DNA of 63,907 nucleotides, counting the filler. It is 9 parts of 9 records of this genome, joined end to end, with 100 filler letters (N's around TTAATTAATTAA, not from the genome) between each part and the next. Parts side by side here need not be neighbours in the genome. Positions count along the whole stretch, not along the records: positions 1 to 10,379 come from SRR31147125_70073; positions 10,480 to 17,827 come from SRR31147125_70206; positions 17,928 to 26,132 come from SRR31147125_70209; 6 more parts are not named here. One strand, written 5' to 3'. The number at the start of each line of letters is the position of its first letter. Positions within the stretch are counted from its first letter, which is position 1. Position numbers and translations under genes: made by a program. The notes under the pieces are model-generated. The model saw only the letters and a program-made list of their open reading frames with translations, made no database searches and was not told the origin of the DNA. Below, piece by piece: positions 10,244 to 20,900 of this stretch.

Positions 10244-10286
10244 ATATCGCGTCACACCTGCGGGAATATCGCGTCACACCTGCGGG
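10244..10286. repeat. 22-bp tandem direct repeat (two copies)
   Basis: ATATCGCGTCACACCTGCGGG at 10244 and 10266. Confidence 0.85.
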
Positions 10287-10379
10287 GATCATGGCGGGCA
10301 TCTCAAGGGGAGCTGGGGGCCATGACAAGGCGGCCCAATCGAATTGCAGTTAGGCGTTCACTAAAAAATAACTTACCCG

Positions 10380-10479
10380 NNNNNNNNNNNNNNNNNNNNN
10401 NNNNNNNNNNNNNNNNNNNNNNNTTAATTAATTAANNNNNNNNNNNNNNNNNNNNNNNNNNNNNNNNNNNNNNNNNNNN
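10380..10479. other. Artificial contig spacer. Same spacer at 17828-17927, 26133-26232, 35701-35800, 41415-41514, 47385-47484, 52666-52765 and 58788-58887
   Basis: 100-bp N blocks with central TTAATTAATTAA (stop codons in all six frames). Confidence 0.98.
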
Positions 10480-10480
10480 G

Positions 10481-10630
10481 GAATCTGTCGCTTGTATGTT
10501 GACGCTGGGCGTTTCCAACATACCTACTATCTGTATAGAAGGTGTTGCCGAATACGTGAGTATAATACCGCCGAAAGAGGATCTAGAGAAGCTGATAGAA
10601 GCATACCTTACTAAAAAAGGACTTGCGTAA
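10481..10630 (+). CDS. C-terminal fragment, thioredoxin-like tail (as found on some UroD/MtaA-family methyltransferases)
   Basis: Reads ESVACMLTLGVSNIPTICIEGVAEYVSIIPPKEDL...*. Context is a corrinoid locus. Confidence 0.45.
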   Translation, partial: ESVACMLTLGVSNIPTICIEGVAEYVSIIPPKEDLEKLIEAYLTKKGLA

Positions 10631-10703
10631 AGTGAAATCCTTTTCTTAAAACAAAATTGGTGTTAAAATAACATCAAATAATAATTTTTAGAAAAGGTTA
10701 TGT

Positions 10704-11927
10704 ATGAGCGAAATTGATACGGCTCTTCTTCAAACATTTGAAAAGGCCGTTGGACTTAACTGCTTTGTCGTAGATATAAATAAAACGGTTTCCCGAGTAT
10801 CAGAGTCTGTACAGTTCTGCAAAGAATGTTATGCCAAACAGGTAAAAAAATATGGCAGGGCAAAGTGTTACAGCCTTATGGAATATGCAACGTATCAGTC
10901 GGTACGCTGGGGAGGCAAATACGAATTTCTGTGTCCTTCAGGAGCTGCTTTCATTGCGACTGCAGGCATGGACAATGGCGTTTTAAAGTATGGTCTTGTG
11001 GCGGGTCCGTTTTCTATGGTGCCTATAGAAGATTTTCTGGCAGACGAGTTCTCGGGGCTTTTTCAGAGCGATGTGAAAAGCCTGGAGAAAAGTGCGAAAC
11101 TACTGCCGTACATAGAACCCTCACGTGTGTCATCGCTTGCTGATATGCTGTTGATGGTAGTAACATATTCTGTGCACAGGGGCAGCGAAGACATAAGGCT
11201 TGCAGAACAGACGAGCGTTAGATACAACGAAATTTTTTCAGCGTTTCAGGATATCAAGTATTCTGGGAAGGAGTACGCATATCCTATAGATACAGAGAAA
11301 AAGCTCCAAAGCTATATTACTTCTGGAGACAAAAAGAGCGCACAGCGTTGTCTTAACGAGATACTAGGTGCAATTTTCTTTTCGTCAGGTGCGGATTTTG
11401 AAGCAATAAAAGCAAGGGTTACGGAGCTTTTAGTGCTGCTTTCGAGAGCAGCGATAGAAGGCGGAGCCGAGCCGAGCAGGATATTCGGGCTTAACAGAGA
11501 CTACCTCGGTGAAATAAGCAGTTTTGACAACGTTGAAGACTTAAGCAACTGGCTTGCCAGCATGCTTTCAAGTTTCACAGGCCTCGTGTTTGCGGCGCCG
11601 GATGCAAAGCATACAGAGACGATCCAGAAAGTGATGGAGTACGTAAACAATAACTATATGAACCGCATCACGCTAAACGACGTTTCAGAGCACGTATCAT
11701 TCAGCGTTTCGTACCTTAGCCGGATGTTTAAGGAGGAAAAAGGCATAAGCCTTACGTCATATATAAACGAAGTGCGTATAAGGGCGGCTAAAATGCTTAT
11801 AAAGCAGAGCGATATATCGCTGTCTGAAGCGGCTTATCTTTGCGGGTTTGACGACCAGAGCTATTTTAGCAAAGTGTTTAAGAAAATGACCGGTACTACG
11901 CCGGGTAAATACAGAGAACAAAAATAG
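10704..11927 (+). CDS. PocR-sensor AraC-family transcriptional regulator
   Basis: N-terminal FC...C...FLCPSG PocR-like Cys pattern. C-terminal AraC HTH (SYLSRMFK, GFDDQSYFSKVFKK). Confidence 0.88.
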   Translation: MSEIDTALLQTFEKAVGLNCFVVDINKTVSRVSESVQFCKECYAKQVKKYGRAKCYSLMEYATYQSVRWGGKYEFLCPSGAAFIATAGMDNGVLKYGLVAGPFSMVPIEDFLADEFSGLFQSDVKSLEKSAKLLPYIEPSRVSSLADMLLMVVTYSVHRGSEDIRLAEQTSVRYNEIFSAFQDIKYSGKEYAYPIDTEKKLQSYITSGDKKSAQRCLNEILGAIFFSSGADFEAIKARVTELLVLLSRAAIEGGAEPSRIFGLNRDYLGEISSFDNVEDLSNWLASMLSSFTGLVFAAPDAKHTETIQKVMEYVNNNYMNRITLNDVSEHVSFSVSYLSRMFKEEKGISLTSYINEVRIRAAKMLIKQSDISLSEAAYLCGFDDQSYFSKVFKKMTGTTPGKYREQK

Positions 11928-11959
11928 ATTTTTATTAAAATAAAAACTTAAGGAGAAAC

Positions 11960-12595
11960 GTGATGAGTATTTTTGAAGAGATGAGCTCTTTTCTTCAACA
12001 GGGAAGAGCACCGAAAGTCAAAGAGCTGGTTGAAAAAGCCCTGACTGACGGCGAGGATGCAAAACAGATACTTGAAGAGGGACTTCTGTCAGGCATGGCA
12101 GTAATAGGCGAGAAGTTCAAGAACAACGAAGTGTATGTTCCGGAAGTATTGATTGCAGCAAGAGCTATGAACGCAGGTATGGAAGTTCTAAAACCCGCAC
12201 TTGCATCAACAGACAACAAAGCAAAAGGCAAAGCTGTTATGGGTACGGTAAAGGGAGACCTTCACGACATCGGCAAAAACCTTGTTAAGATAATGTTTGA
12301 AGGCAAGGGCATAGAGGTTGTTGACCTCGGCACAGACGTTTCAGCAGAGAAGTTTGTTCAGACCGCTATCGACGAAGACGCAACAATAATTGCATGCAGC
12401 GCTCTTCTTACGACGACAATGGGCGTTATGAAAGACGTTGTGGAAAAAGCAAAAGAGATGGGCGTTCGTGACAAGATAAACATAATGGTAGGCGGAGCTC
12501 CGGTTACGGAAAACTTTAAAGATTCTATTGGTGCAGACTACTATACACCTGATGCAGCAAGCGCTTCTGACGTTGCTATATCGCTTTTAAACTAA
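11960..12595 (+). CDS. Cobalamin-binding corrinoid protein of a methyltransferase system
   Basis: GTVKGDLHDIGKNLV, SALLTTTM and VGGAPV B12-binding motifs, plus N-terminal cap domain. Confidence 0.95.
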   Translation: MMSIFEEMSSFLQQGRAPKVKELVEKALTDGEDAKQILEEGLLSGMAVIGEKFKNNEVYVPEVLIAARAMNAGMEVLKPALASTDNKAKGKAVMGTVKGDLHDIGKNLVKIMFEGKGIEVVDLGTDVSAEKFVQTAIDEDATIIACSALLTTTMGVMKDVVEKAKEMGVRDKINIMVGGAPVTENFKDSIGADYYTPDAASASDVAISLLN

Positions 12596-12609
12596 AAACT
12601 ATAAAGAGA

Positions 12610-12644
12610 AAAAGCAGCTTTGCATTCTTAGCGAAGCTGCTTTT
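12610..12644. terminator. Bidirectional intrinsic terminator
   Basis: AAAAGCAGCTT...AAGCTGCTTTT between convergent genes. Confidence 0.75.
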
Positions 12645-12659
12645 AACATTTTAGAATAT

Positions 12660-13155
12660 TTAAAGTGACGAAATATCGAACATTTCTTTAGCAAGCTTCC
12701 TGCCGGTCTGGGTTTTGAAGTATTTTTCGTACGCCGACAGGAAGGCGTTTTTTGAGAAATCGCCTTCGTCGTAGTTTACTAAAAAATCCGCTTCGATGAG
12801 TATCTGATAATCAAGACCGTCGATATCTGAGTATGTATGATGATGTGATATCAAGTACTCAATCCGCTGTATTATATCCTTATCAATATCATATTTTAAA
12901 AGTATTTCCTTTGCTATGTGGGGACTGTACTGTTCCTGCATTTTTTCCGGTGCACCTGCCAAAAGTCTGCTCGCAGTAATGTATACCGATATCATGTAAA
13001 ACAGCGGCGTATTCAACTGTCATAAGTTCTTTTTCGCCAAGGCCTTCTAATAGGGCAATGCACTTTGATATACCATATACCTTAAGAGCGTGGTTTATGC
13101 GTCTTGTGTCGTGTCCGTTTATCTGTATCATTTCGTATATAAGATTACCTGTCAT
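12660..13155 (-). CDS. HD-domain phosphohydrolase (frameshift in A-run near 12941-12946)
   Basis: RINHALKV and AAVLHDIG in the first ORF, HHHTY and ILIEADFLVN in the second. Confidence 0.85.
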
Positions 13156-13235
13156 AGTTTACTCCTTGTTTTATACAATGGAATTATAGCACATTAAGCG
13201 TTTGTTTGGATTTATATAATTGTAAACCTGTGTTG

Positions 13236-13264
13236 TTGAAATGCATAGCCCGGCATTGTATAAT
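13236..13264 (+). promoter_or_regulatory. Sigma-A/70-type promoter
   Basis: TTGAAA-17 bp-TATAAT, about 60 bp upstream of the 13326 start. Confidence 0.65.
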
Positions 13265-13325
13265 ATAAAAATAAGGGGCTTATGCTTCCTACAAGCAATT
13301 ATACTTTTATTTTTGGAGATTTTAA

Positions 13326-14349
13326 ATGAATACATTCACCAGGCGTCTTAAAGAGAAGCTTTTTTGTCGTATACTCGACAAAAGAAAGAAAAAGAACCCT
13401 TTCGATGAAACAGCAGCGGAACTTTATCAAACACCCCCCGATGCAGATGAATTCCATAACAACAGCTATTATTTTTCGTGTCATGACATGGCTGGAAACA
13501 GCCTGCTTCTTCGGCACGCATTAAGAGGAACGAACACAACGGAAACGTGGTTGGCATACAAGGATGCGAGCGGCAATTCCTACATAAATGCACAGCAGCT
13601 TTTTGTGAAAGAAAAGGCTGCTTCGTCAGTAGAATGTATAGAGCCGTCAGAGACTTGGGGTTTGGTTTTACCGGCAAGCTCATCAACATGCAGACAGGAA
13701 AAGAATGCGACGCTGTAATAAAAGGCGAATTCAATGCTTCCGGCGCTATTTTCGAGTTTGGCACTCATCTTGACTCAAGAGTAATGGCAAAGGCTATTGC
13801 AAAAGAAAAATGGTCAAAAGAATTCTTCGGAGCGTTGCAGGAAAACAATCAGGTGCATTATGAGCAGCCGGGCAAGGCTATTATTTCGATTACTATTGAC
13901 GGCAGCAGTACAGAGCTTAGAACACCGGCAATGCGTGACCACTCCTTTGGCAAGCGTGACTGGAAGTATATGAACAAGCATTTCTGGCTTATGGGGCTGT
14001 TTGAAGACGGAAGCCATCTTAACGCAAACATGGTAAGCTATCCTGCTGTAAAAAGACTGGAGACAGGCTATATGGTAAGTGGAGATACTACCGTTTGCGT
14101 GGAGGAAGCGAAGCTGGAGGGCGAGATGCCGACTTCGGTGTTCCGAAGGAGTTTACATACAGCGCCAAGCTGCTTGGCGGAAAAGAACTAAAAGCCAGAT
14201 GTAAACACGAAATCACGTTTGAATTTCCGTTCGGCGGATATACGATATATGAAGGTATAGGAAGCTTTGAGCTTAATGGTAAAAAAGGAAGAGGTGTTCT
14301 TGAGTTCGGTTACAACGACGACCCTAAAAGGGTGGTGACGCCCGAATGA
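13326..14349 (+). CDS. Uncharacterised beta-rich protein (AttH/tocopherol-cyclase/lipocalin-like), split by two frameshifts (about 13660 and 14125)
   Basis: Three overlapping ORFs form one protein of about 340 aa with NSYYF, HYEQPG, RDHSFGKRDW and terminal G.GVLEF. Its stop overlaps the next start (ATGA). Confidence 0.55.
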
Positions 14350-16718
14350 AGATTTACAGTCTGGATGCCATAGAAAAAAATGCACTTGGCTTAGTAGGCG
14401 GTAAAGCAAAAGGACTTTTCCAGCTCAGCGAATGCGGGCTAAACATAGCGCCCGGTTTTGTTATTACAGACATAGAGGGAGAGCTTGACCTTCAGGCTGC
14501 GTCAGACCATTATGATATGAGCGGTCTGGATGTTGTTGCGGTGCGTTCTTCAGCTTCAGCAGAGGACGGCACGGACTTTTCAAGCGCAGGGCAGTATGAG
14601 ACCGTTCTCGGCGTACAAGGGAAGGTCGAGGTTAAAAAGGCTATTAAGAGATGTTTAGATTCGCTGTATAGCGACACTGCAAAAAGCTACGGAGAATATT
14701 TCTCTGAAGCTAAGAGCGAAAGAATGAACGTTGTTGTCCAACAGATGATAAATGCTGACGTTTCAGGTGTGTGCTTTACCCAGCACGACGGCGATGATGG
14801 CTTTATACATATAGAGGCTGTGGCTGGTCTTGGCGAAAGTCTTGTCTCCGGTCAGGCGCAGGCAAACACATATATAGTTAATAAAAACGCCGATACAGCA
14901 GAAGGCGACGATATTCTTACCGAGGAAATGATTTTAGAAATAGCCTCCGGTGCACAGATGGCAAGTGAAAAGCTCGGCATACCGCTCGATACGGAATGGG
15001 CGATATCAGGTGGGGAATTATATTGGCTGCAGGCAAGGCCTATAACGGTTACAGAGACCATAGACCCGTTTGAACTCGATTCTGACTATATACCCGACGA
15101 TAATGTTCTTACAACATGTAACGTTGGAGAAATGATGCCGGGCGCTGTAACGCCGCTTACTCTTTCCACAAGCATAGCCAGTATAGACTACGGAATGAGA
15201 AAGATGATAGTAGTTGCCGGTGGAGCAGAGAGTTTCGATGAGGTTCCGCCGTGTTCGGGTATAGCGAGCGTCGGCAACACGCTGTTTATTAACCTGACAT
15301 CGACGCAGAGCATTGTAGACCATACGCTTGGCGGCGACAGGAATGCTTCTGCACTTGCTATATGCGGACGCATATTAGAGAACGTTCCGGAGCAGCCTGT
15401 CCCAAAAGTCAGTACGATTAAGAAAGTATTTAATACCGGAAAATATTTCTCTATGCTGATGAAAACAAACAAGGCATGCAAGAAACTAAAAAAGCTGTCG
15501 GACAGTTTCTGGGTAGAACAGAAGATGAGTGCAGAGCAGCAGTATGAGGAAATAAATTCAAAACTGGAGGCTATGGACGAAGCTTTTTGGCTTCATTATA
15601 TAACCAGCGCTCATTCGGGAGCTATGAACAGCGCACTTTTCTTTATACTTTTGGAAGATGGCCTGGAGCCGGAAGAAATAAACAAGAAAATAGCAGGAGC
15701 ACTGGAGGATATAGACGGCATAGAGAGCGTGGATATACTGCGTTCGCTTCGTAAAGTAGCAAAGGAACTGCTTAAAGAAAACCCTGATGCAGTAAACTAT
15801 TCAGCGGACGAGCTTGCAGAGTATCTGAAGGTGTGCGAAGGTGACAGCGCATATGCTCTGGAACACTTTATGAAACGCCACGGTCACCGTGCTATCCGTG
15901 AAGCGGAAATGCGCTCGAAATCGTGGCACATGGACGAGGTTGCCCTGTGCAGCTTTTTAAAATCGATAATCGCTTCCGGAAGCGAGGAAGTAAGCAAATC
16001 TAAAACAGCGGACAAAAACATACGGGCTCTCCTTGAAGGAAGACAAGGGGTTCTTAAACATGTAATTAAGTATATGATCAAGCAGTCAAGAAAAGGTGTT
16101 GTCAATCGTGAGTATACTAAGTCTAAATGCATAAAAGTTGTGGATAAGTTTAAAACGCAATACTGGCATTTAGGCGGACTTTTACAAAAAGAAGGGGTTT
16201 TACCGGACAGCGACCTCGTATTCTTCCTAACTCATAAAGAACTGGGTGTTCTCATAAGAGACGGAAACACAGCGCTTGTAAAGAAGGCTGTTGCCAGACG
16301 TCGGATACTTGATGAACAGATGCAGCTTAAGTATGATGAAATCTGTATAGGAAGGCCAAAACCGATAGAAGCTGATTTTTCTGATATTGAAGAAAATGAT
16401 ATATTAGTTGGTTTGTCGATAAGCCGAGGGAAAGCTGTTGGCAAAGCGAGGGTGGTAAAAAGCGTAGAAGATGCTAACCGGCTTGAGAAAGGCGAAATTA
16501 TGGTAGCGGCATTTACGGACATAGGATGGTCGCCTTATTACAGTCTTATAGGTGGGCTTGTGACCGAGGTCGGTTCTTCTCTTTCTCACGGAGCGGTCGT
16601 AGCCAGGGAATATGCTCTTCCTCTTGTCTCGAACATACCGTATGCAACAAAGAGGATTAAGACTGGAGACACAATCAGCGTGGATGGAACTTCCGGAAAA
16701 GTTGCAATAATTAGCTGA
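14346..16718 (+). CDS. PEP-utilising dikinase-type phosphotransferase (rifampin phosphotransferase/PigC/YvkC-like architecture)
   Basis: ATP-grasp motifs VGGKA, AVRSSASAEDG, EWA and LQARPIT. Central substrate domain. C-terminal phospho-His swivel domain SHGAVVAREY. Confidence 0.88.
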   Translation: MKIYSLDAIEKNALGLVGGKAKGLFQLSECGLNIAPGFVITDIEGELDLQAASDHYDMSGLDVVAVRSSASAEDGTDFSSAGQYETVLGVQGKVEVKKAIKRCLDSLYSDTAKSYGEYFSEAKSERMNVVVQQMINADVSGVCFTQHDGDDGFIHIEAVAGLGESLVSGQAQANTYIVNKNADTAEGDDILTEEMILEIASGAQMASEKLGIPLDTEWAISGGELYWLQARPITVTETIDPFELDSDYIPDDNVLTTCNVGEMMPGAVTPLTLSTSIASIDYGMRKMIVVAGGAESFDEVPPCSGIASVGNTLFINLTSTQSIVDHTLGGDRNASALAICGRILENVPEQPVPKVSTIKKVFNTGKYFSMLMKTNKACKKLKKLSDSFWVEQKMSAEQQYEEINSKLEAMDEAFWLHYITSAHSGAMNSALFFILLEDGLEPEEINKKIAGALEDIDGIESVDILRSLRKVAKELLKENPDAVNYSADELAEYLKVCEGDSAYALEHFMKRHGHRAIREAEMRSKSWHMDEVALCSFLKSIIASGSEEVSKSKTADKNIRALLEGRQGVLKHVIKYMIKQSRKGVVNREYTKSKCIKVVDKFKTQYWHLGGLLQKEGVLPDSDLVFFLTHKELGVLIRDGNTALVKKAVARRRILDEQMQLKYDEICIGRPKPIEADFSDIEENDILVGLSISRGKAVGKARVVKSVEDANRLEKGEIMVAAFTDIGWSPYYSLIGGLVTEVGSSLSHGAVVAREYALPLVSNIPYATKRIKTGDTISVDGTSGKVAIIS

Positions 16719-16772
16719 GACTTTAGGGGAGAAAAGAAAAAAAGTTATTCTGCATAATATATTAAATAGGGC

Positions 16773-16800
16773 TTGCATTGTGAGCAGGCTGTGATATAAT
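16773..16800 (+). promoter_or_regulatory. Sigma-A-type promoter with extended -10
   Basis: TTGCAT-16 bp-TATAAT, with TGn preceding the -10. Confidence 0.55.
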
Positions 16801-16806
16801 CCACCC

Positions 16807-17376
16807 GTGACAGGGGGATGCACCAATGGATTTTTTAATTCGGAAAGCATATGGGTATACGTAATGATACTCGTAGGCAAAGTCGTCGAGGTTACCGTAT
16901 CCACAGTCAGGATCATGTTAATCAGCCGTGGTGAAAAAACCAAAGGCTCCATTCTTATACTGGTTGAAGTATCTATTTGGCTGGTAATCACAGGCACAGT
17001 TCTAGTTGATTTCCAGGAACATATAATGAGGTGCGTCGTCTATGTGTTTGCCTGCGCTATAGGCAGCTACGTAGGCTCAATTGTAGAGGGCAGGCTTGCT
17101 TTCGGGCTTTGCTCTATTCAGGTTATAGTTGCACAGGATAACATGGTGCATGACAACGCTGCTATGGACCTTGCAGAAGTGCTGCGTGACAACGGCTATG
17201 CAGTTACGATAATGGAAGGCAGAGGTAAAAAAGGAAAGCGTGATATCCTTGTACTTCATCTAAAACGAAAGAGGATACGCAAAGCGATTTCAATTATAAA
17301 ATCAAAGATAGAAGACGCTGTAATAACTGTGAACGATGTTAAGCTAATTGACGGCGGATATATAACTAAGAAATAG
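16807..17376 (+). CDS. DUF2179/DUF5698 (UPF0316)-like membrane protein
   Basis: STVRIMLISRG, G.YVGS.VE.RLAFG, LRDNGYAVT..EG.G. The true start may be the ATG near 16826 with a T-run error. Confidence 0.8.
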   Translation: MTGGCTNGFFNSESIWVYVMILVGKVVEVTVSTVRIMLISRGEKTKGSILILVEVSIWLVITGTVLVDFQEHIMRCVVYVFACAIGSYVGSIVEGRLAFGLCSIQVIVAQDNMVHDNAAMDLAEVLRDNGYAVTIMEGRGKKGKRDILVLHLKRKRIRKAISIIKSKIEDAVITVNDVKLIDGGYITKK

Positions 17377-17382
17377 GAAGGG

Positions 17383-17827
17383 GTGCAACGTGGACTTTTT
17401 TTACACCAGAGCGTAATGCTTTATGTGCTGGTGTTTGTGGGCAAGACTGTTAACAACATTATTGCCACTATGAAGATGATATTACTGAACCGGGGAGAGA
17501 GGTTTAAAGCGGCCGTTTTAACCCTTCTGCAGATGAGCCTGTTTATAGTGATAACAGGTACAGTACTGGCAGGTCTGACTACAGATTTCCTAAGAATAGT
17601 GGTATATATAATCGCTGCTATGCTTGGGAACTACCTCGGAACTATTATAGAAGGTAAATTAGCGCTCGGACTTTCCTCCATACAGGTTATAGTACCTCAG
17701 GATAACATAGCAGGAGGAAGCATAGCAGAGCCGCTTGCAGATAAGCTTCGTGACGAGGGTTTTGCGGTAACTATATTAGATGGGGAAGGAGAACAGGTAA
17801 AACGAGACGTTCTTCTCCTTCACTTAA
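17383..17827 (+). CDS. Second DUF2179/DUF5698-like paralogue (3'-truncated)
   Basis: Shares SIQVIV.QDN and LRD.G.AVT motifs with the upstream gene. Confidence 0.8.
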
Positions 17828-17927
17828 NNNNNNNNNNNNNNNNNNNNNNNNNNNNNNNNNNNNNNNNNNNNTTAATTAATTAANNNNNNNNNNNNNNNNN
17901 NNNNNNNNNNNNNNNNNNNNNNNNNNN

Positions 17928-20900
17928 GTCACCCTTGAAGGACATTCCTTTCGACAGGATAACAATCCAACACACTGTCTGTGGGGCGAGATCTATCCAC
18001 CCATTCAAGCCACATGGGTCTCGCCCACAGAAGTGTGGTGCAAGGCACCCCCTCTACCGGTTGGGACGGTATCGGTTTTTGTGACAAATTGCTTCGAAGG
18101 ACAACCCTACAATCCCCTTGATTTTTCACGAGAACGTACCATACAGTTTACCTATGTGCCCCTGGAAGAGGTCAGCGATACGCGTGATCGTAACACTACA
18201 TTAAGCCCCCGTATTAGTCTTGACTCCGGTGGGACGTGGTTGCGCGTCACAGGGCGCCAATTTCTCAATAGTGCCCTTCTCTCTTGTTTTCTCTCCGAGT
18301 TTGAGCTTCGTATTACTGCTGTCTTTCTGGGGGAGGGGGCCGTCCTCTGTCATCTTCCTGCACATGTGGAGGGCGATGTATCGCTTGCCATCTCCAACAA
18401 TGCGCAAGATCTTGTCACGGCTGTAGAAACACTTCATTTCGCCAGAAGATCCAACGTGACGTCTCTGTTTCCTCAGCGGGGTTTGAGTTCTGGAGGTGCA
18501 CGGGTAACTGTCACGGGTTCGGGATTCACACAACGAGCTGCTGATTTCCTTCTGCTCTCGTGCAAGTTTGGCTCCACCAATGTCACAGCTCAACGTGTAT
18601 CCGATTCTCAACTTGTGTGTGTTGCGCCTACAGCCGATCCTGTCGCGGGATTTGCTCCTGTGGAAGTATCACTGAACGGACAGCAGTATTCGCAAAACGG
18701 TATACAATTCGAGTATCAGGACCCCCCTCAGGTGCTTTACTTGGATCCACAACACGGAACCACGAAAGGAGGAACCTATGTTACGGTAGTCGGTCGAAAT
18801 TTCGTTGACACGGGCCATGTTGCATGCTCCTTCGGATGGGTGAGGGTGAATGCGAGATTTGTCTCCAGTACAGAAGTGATTTGCACGAGCCCTGGTGCTC
18901 TTGTAATGGGATTAACGCCAGTTGAGGTAACCAATAACTGGGAGGGTCAAGCTTACAATGATCGTGACTGGACGCATTCTAACATTCTGTTTGAGGTGTT
19001 TCCTGATCGCGCACCAGCAGTAGCCTTGGGAACTCGCCCGTTGATTGGACCCAATTACGGTGGAATGACACTGATTGTTGAGGAATGCATCGACGGTGGC
19101 CCTGGCAGCACTCGTGCTGTGCAGTGCATGGTCGATACAACACTGGTTGCAGGAGTAATGGTTTCCCATGCCGGTGTACATTGTAGGGCTCCCGCACACA
19201 TATCGGGGTCTGTTTCTGTGGCGATCACACGCAACCATGGCCGAGAATTGGGGATGGTGGGAGAATTGGAGTACCAAGAGGCTCATAATGTTACGGGACT
19301 TTTCCCCAGGCAGGGCCCGCATACGGGGGCACGGAGGTGACCATAACAGGAACTCATTTCTCGTTGCGTTCTGCGGAACTGGGAACCCTTCTCTGTCGCT
19401 TCAACACAACCAGTGTAGTGGTGCAACGTCTGGAAACTGATCGCATTGTATGTTTGTCCCCACCACACGTTCCAGGCTTCTTTCCTGTGGAGGTCACGAA
19501 TGACGGTGTACACTTCTCATACGATGATTGGAATTTCGAGTTTCAACAAGCAGTCACCGTGCAAACCATTGATCCCGAGCAGGGACCGTCAAGCGGCGGG
19601 ACCCAGATCACCGTAACAGGAACCAACTTCGTCGAGAAACACTTGTACTGTTGCTTTGGACCAATTCAACAACTTTTAGCAGCAACATTCGTGTCTGCCA
19701 GCGAGTTATACTGTCGTACACCGGAATTCCCGGCCGGTCCAGTCGATGTGAGCGTGACGGTAAGCTATGAAGGGCAACCACTCGCGAGATCGGACTTCTC
19801 GGTTCTCGCAGGACGGTACACGTACCAAAGACCCATTAGTGTTCAAATTCTTGATGTTTGGGCAGGACCGGAGCGTGGAGGAACGACACTAGGGATTGAT
19901 GGGATGGAATTCGTCCGTTCTCCCCTGTTTTCGTGTCGATTCGGCACCACGTTCCTTCGTCCTACTCTGATCTCGGCGACTCATGCCGTCTGTACAAGCC
20001 CCGCACACATTTCTTCCACAACAACAATGATTGGTGTCTCCAACAATGCCCGAGAATTTGAGATGGCAGGCCCTTTTGAATTCCAGACGAACGTGAACGT
20101 AACAGGCCTTGAACCACAACACGGCCCCGTTACGGGAGGTACGACCGTGATGGTGCGAGGAATCCTGTTCTCGGAACGATCCTCTGAGTTATCTTATTTG
20201 CGTTGTCGTTTTGGATCGTATCCTGCCGTGCCTGCTGTGTGGCAGTCTGCGTCGTGTATTGGATGTACAAGTCCCTCAATTCCACCCGAAGAAGGTGGAT
20301 TTGTTCCCTTGGAAGTTTCGACCAATGCCGGACGGGATTATTCGTTTAACGGAGTGAATTACGAGTACCAGTCCCTAGCCAGTATCACGGAGATCTATCC
20401 TATTGGAGCAGGACAAGGGGGCGGCACACGGGTAACATTGTCGGGATCCAATTTCACAAGCACCCTGAGGTGCCAATTCGGTCTGAGTTCCCCTACCATA
20501 TCCGCAACGTTCGTGTCGTCCAATGAGATACGATGCCCTATGCCTCCACTTCCTGTTGGCTCTACGGTTGTGCGTGTCGTGAGTCAGAACGATCAAGTGC
20601 TCAGTATGGTTGCGTTTGCATCATACAACACGGAATCTGTATTCTCCATTGTTCCTCAAGTTGGAACAGAACAGGGAGGCACTGAGTTCATCGTGTTGGG
20701 TGCATTCTTCCGCAATACGAACACTCTTATCTGTTCGTTTCTGGCATCGGCATATGACGGGCGCCTGGCATCTTTCACGACTGTGTCAGCCGATTTTGTG
20801 GCAAACGATCGTGTTCAGTGTCGATCTCCTGCCTTCAATCCGCAATGGACTCGTGATGCTCGTGTTTCTCTCTCTCTTTCTTCCTATCAACGAGATTTTG

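Noticed and set aside
10244-10286. Possible CRISPR array
   Set aside because: Only two adjacent copies with no spacer, and no cas genes in the window.
10424-10435. TTAATTAATTAA repeated eight times at intervals
   Set aside because: Artificial linker inside N-spacers. ORFs ending in XXX-LIN are artefacts.
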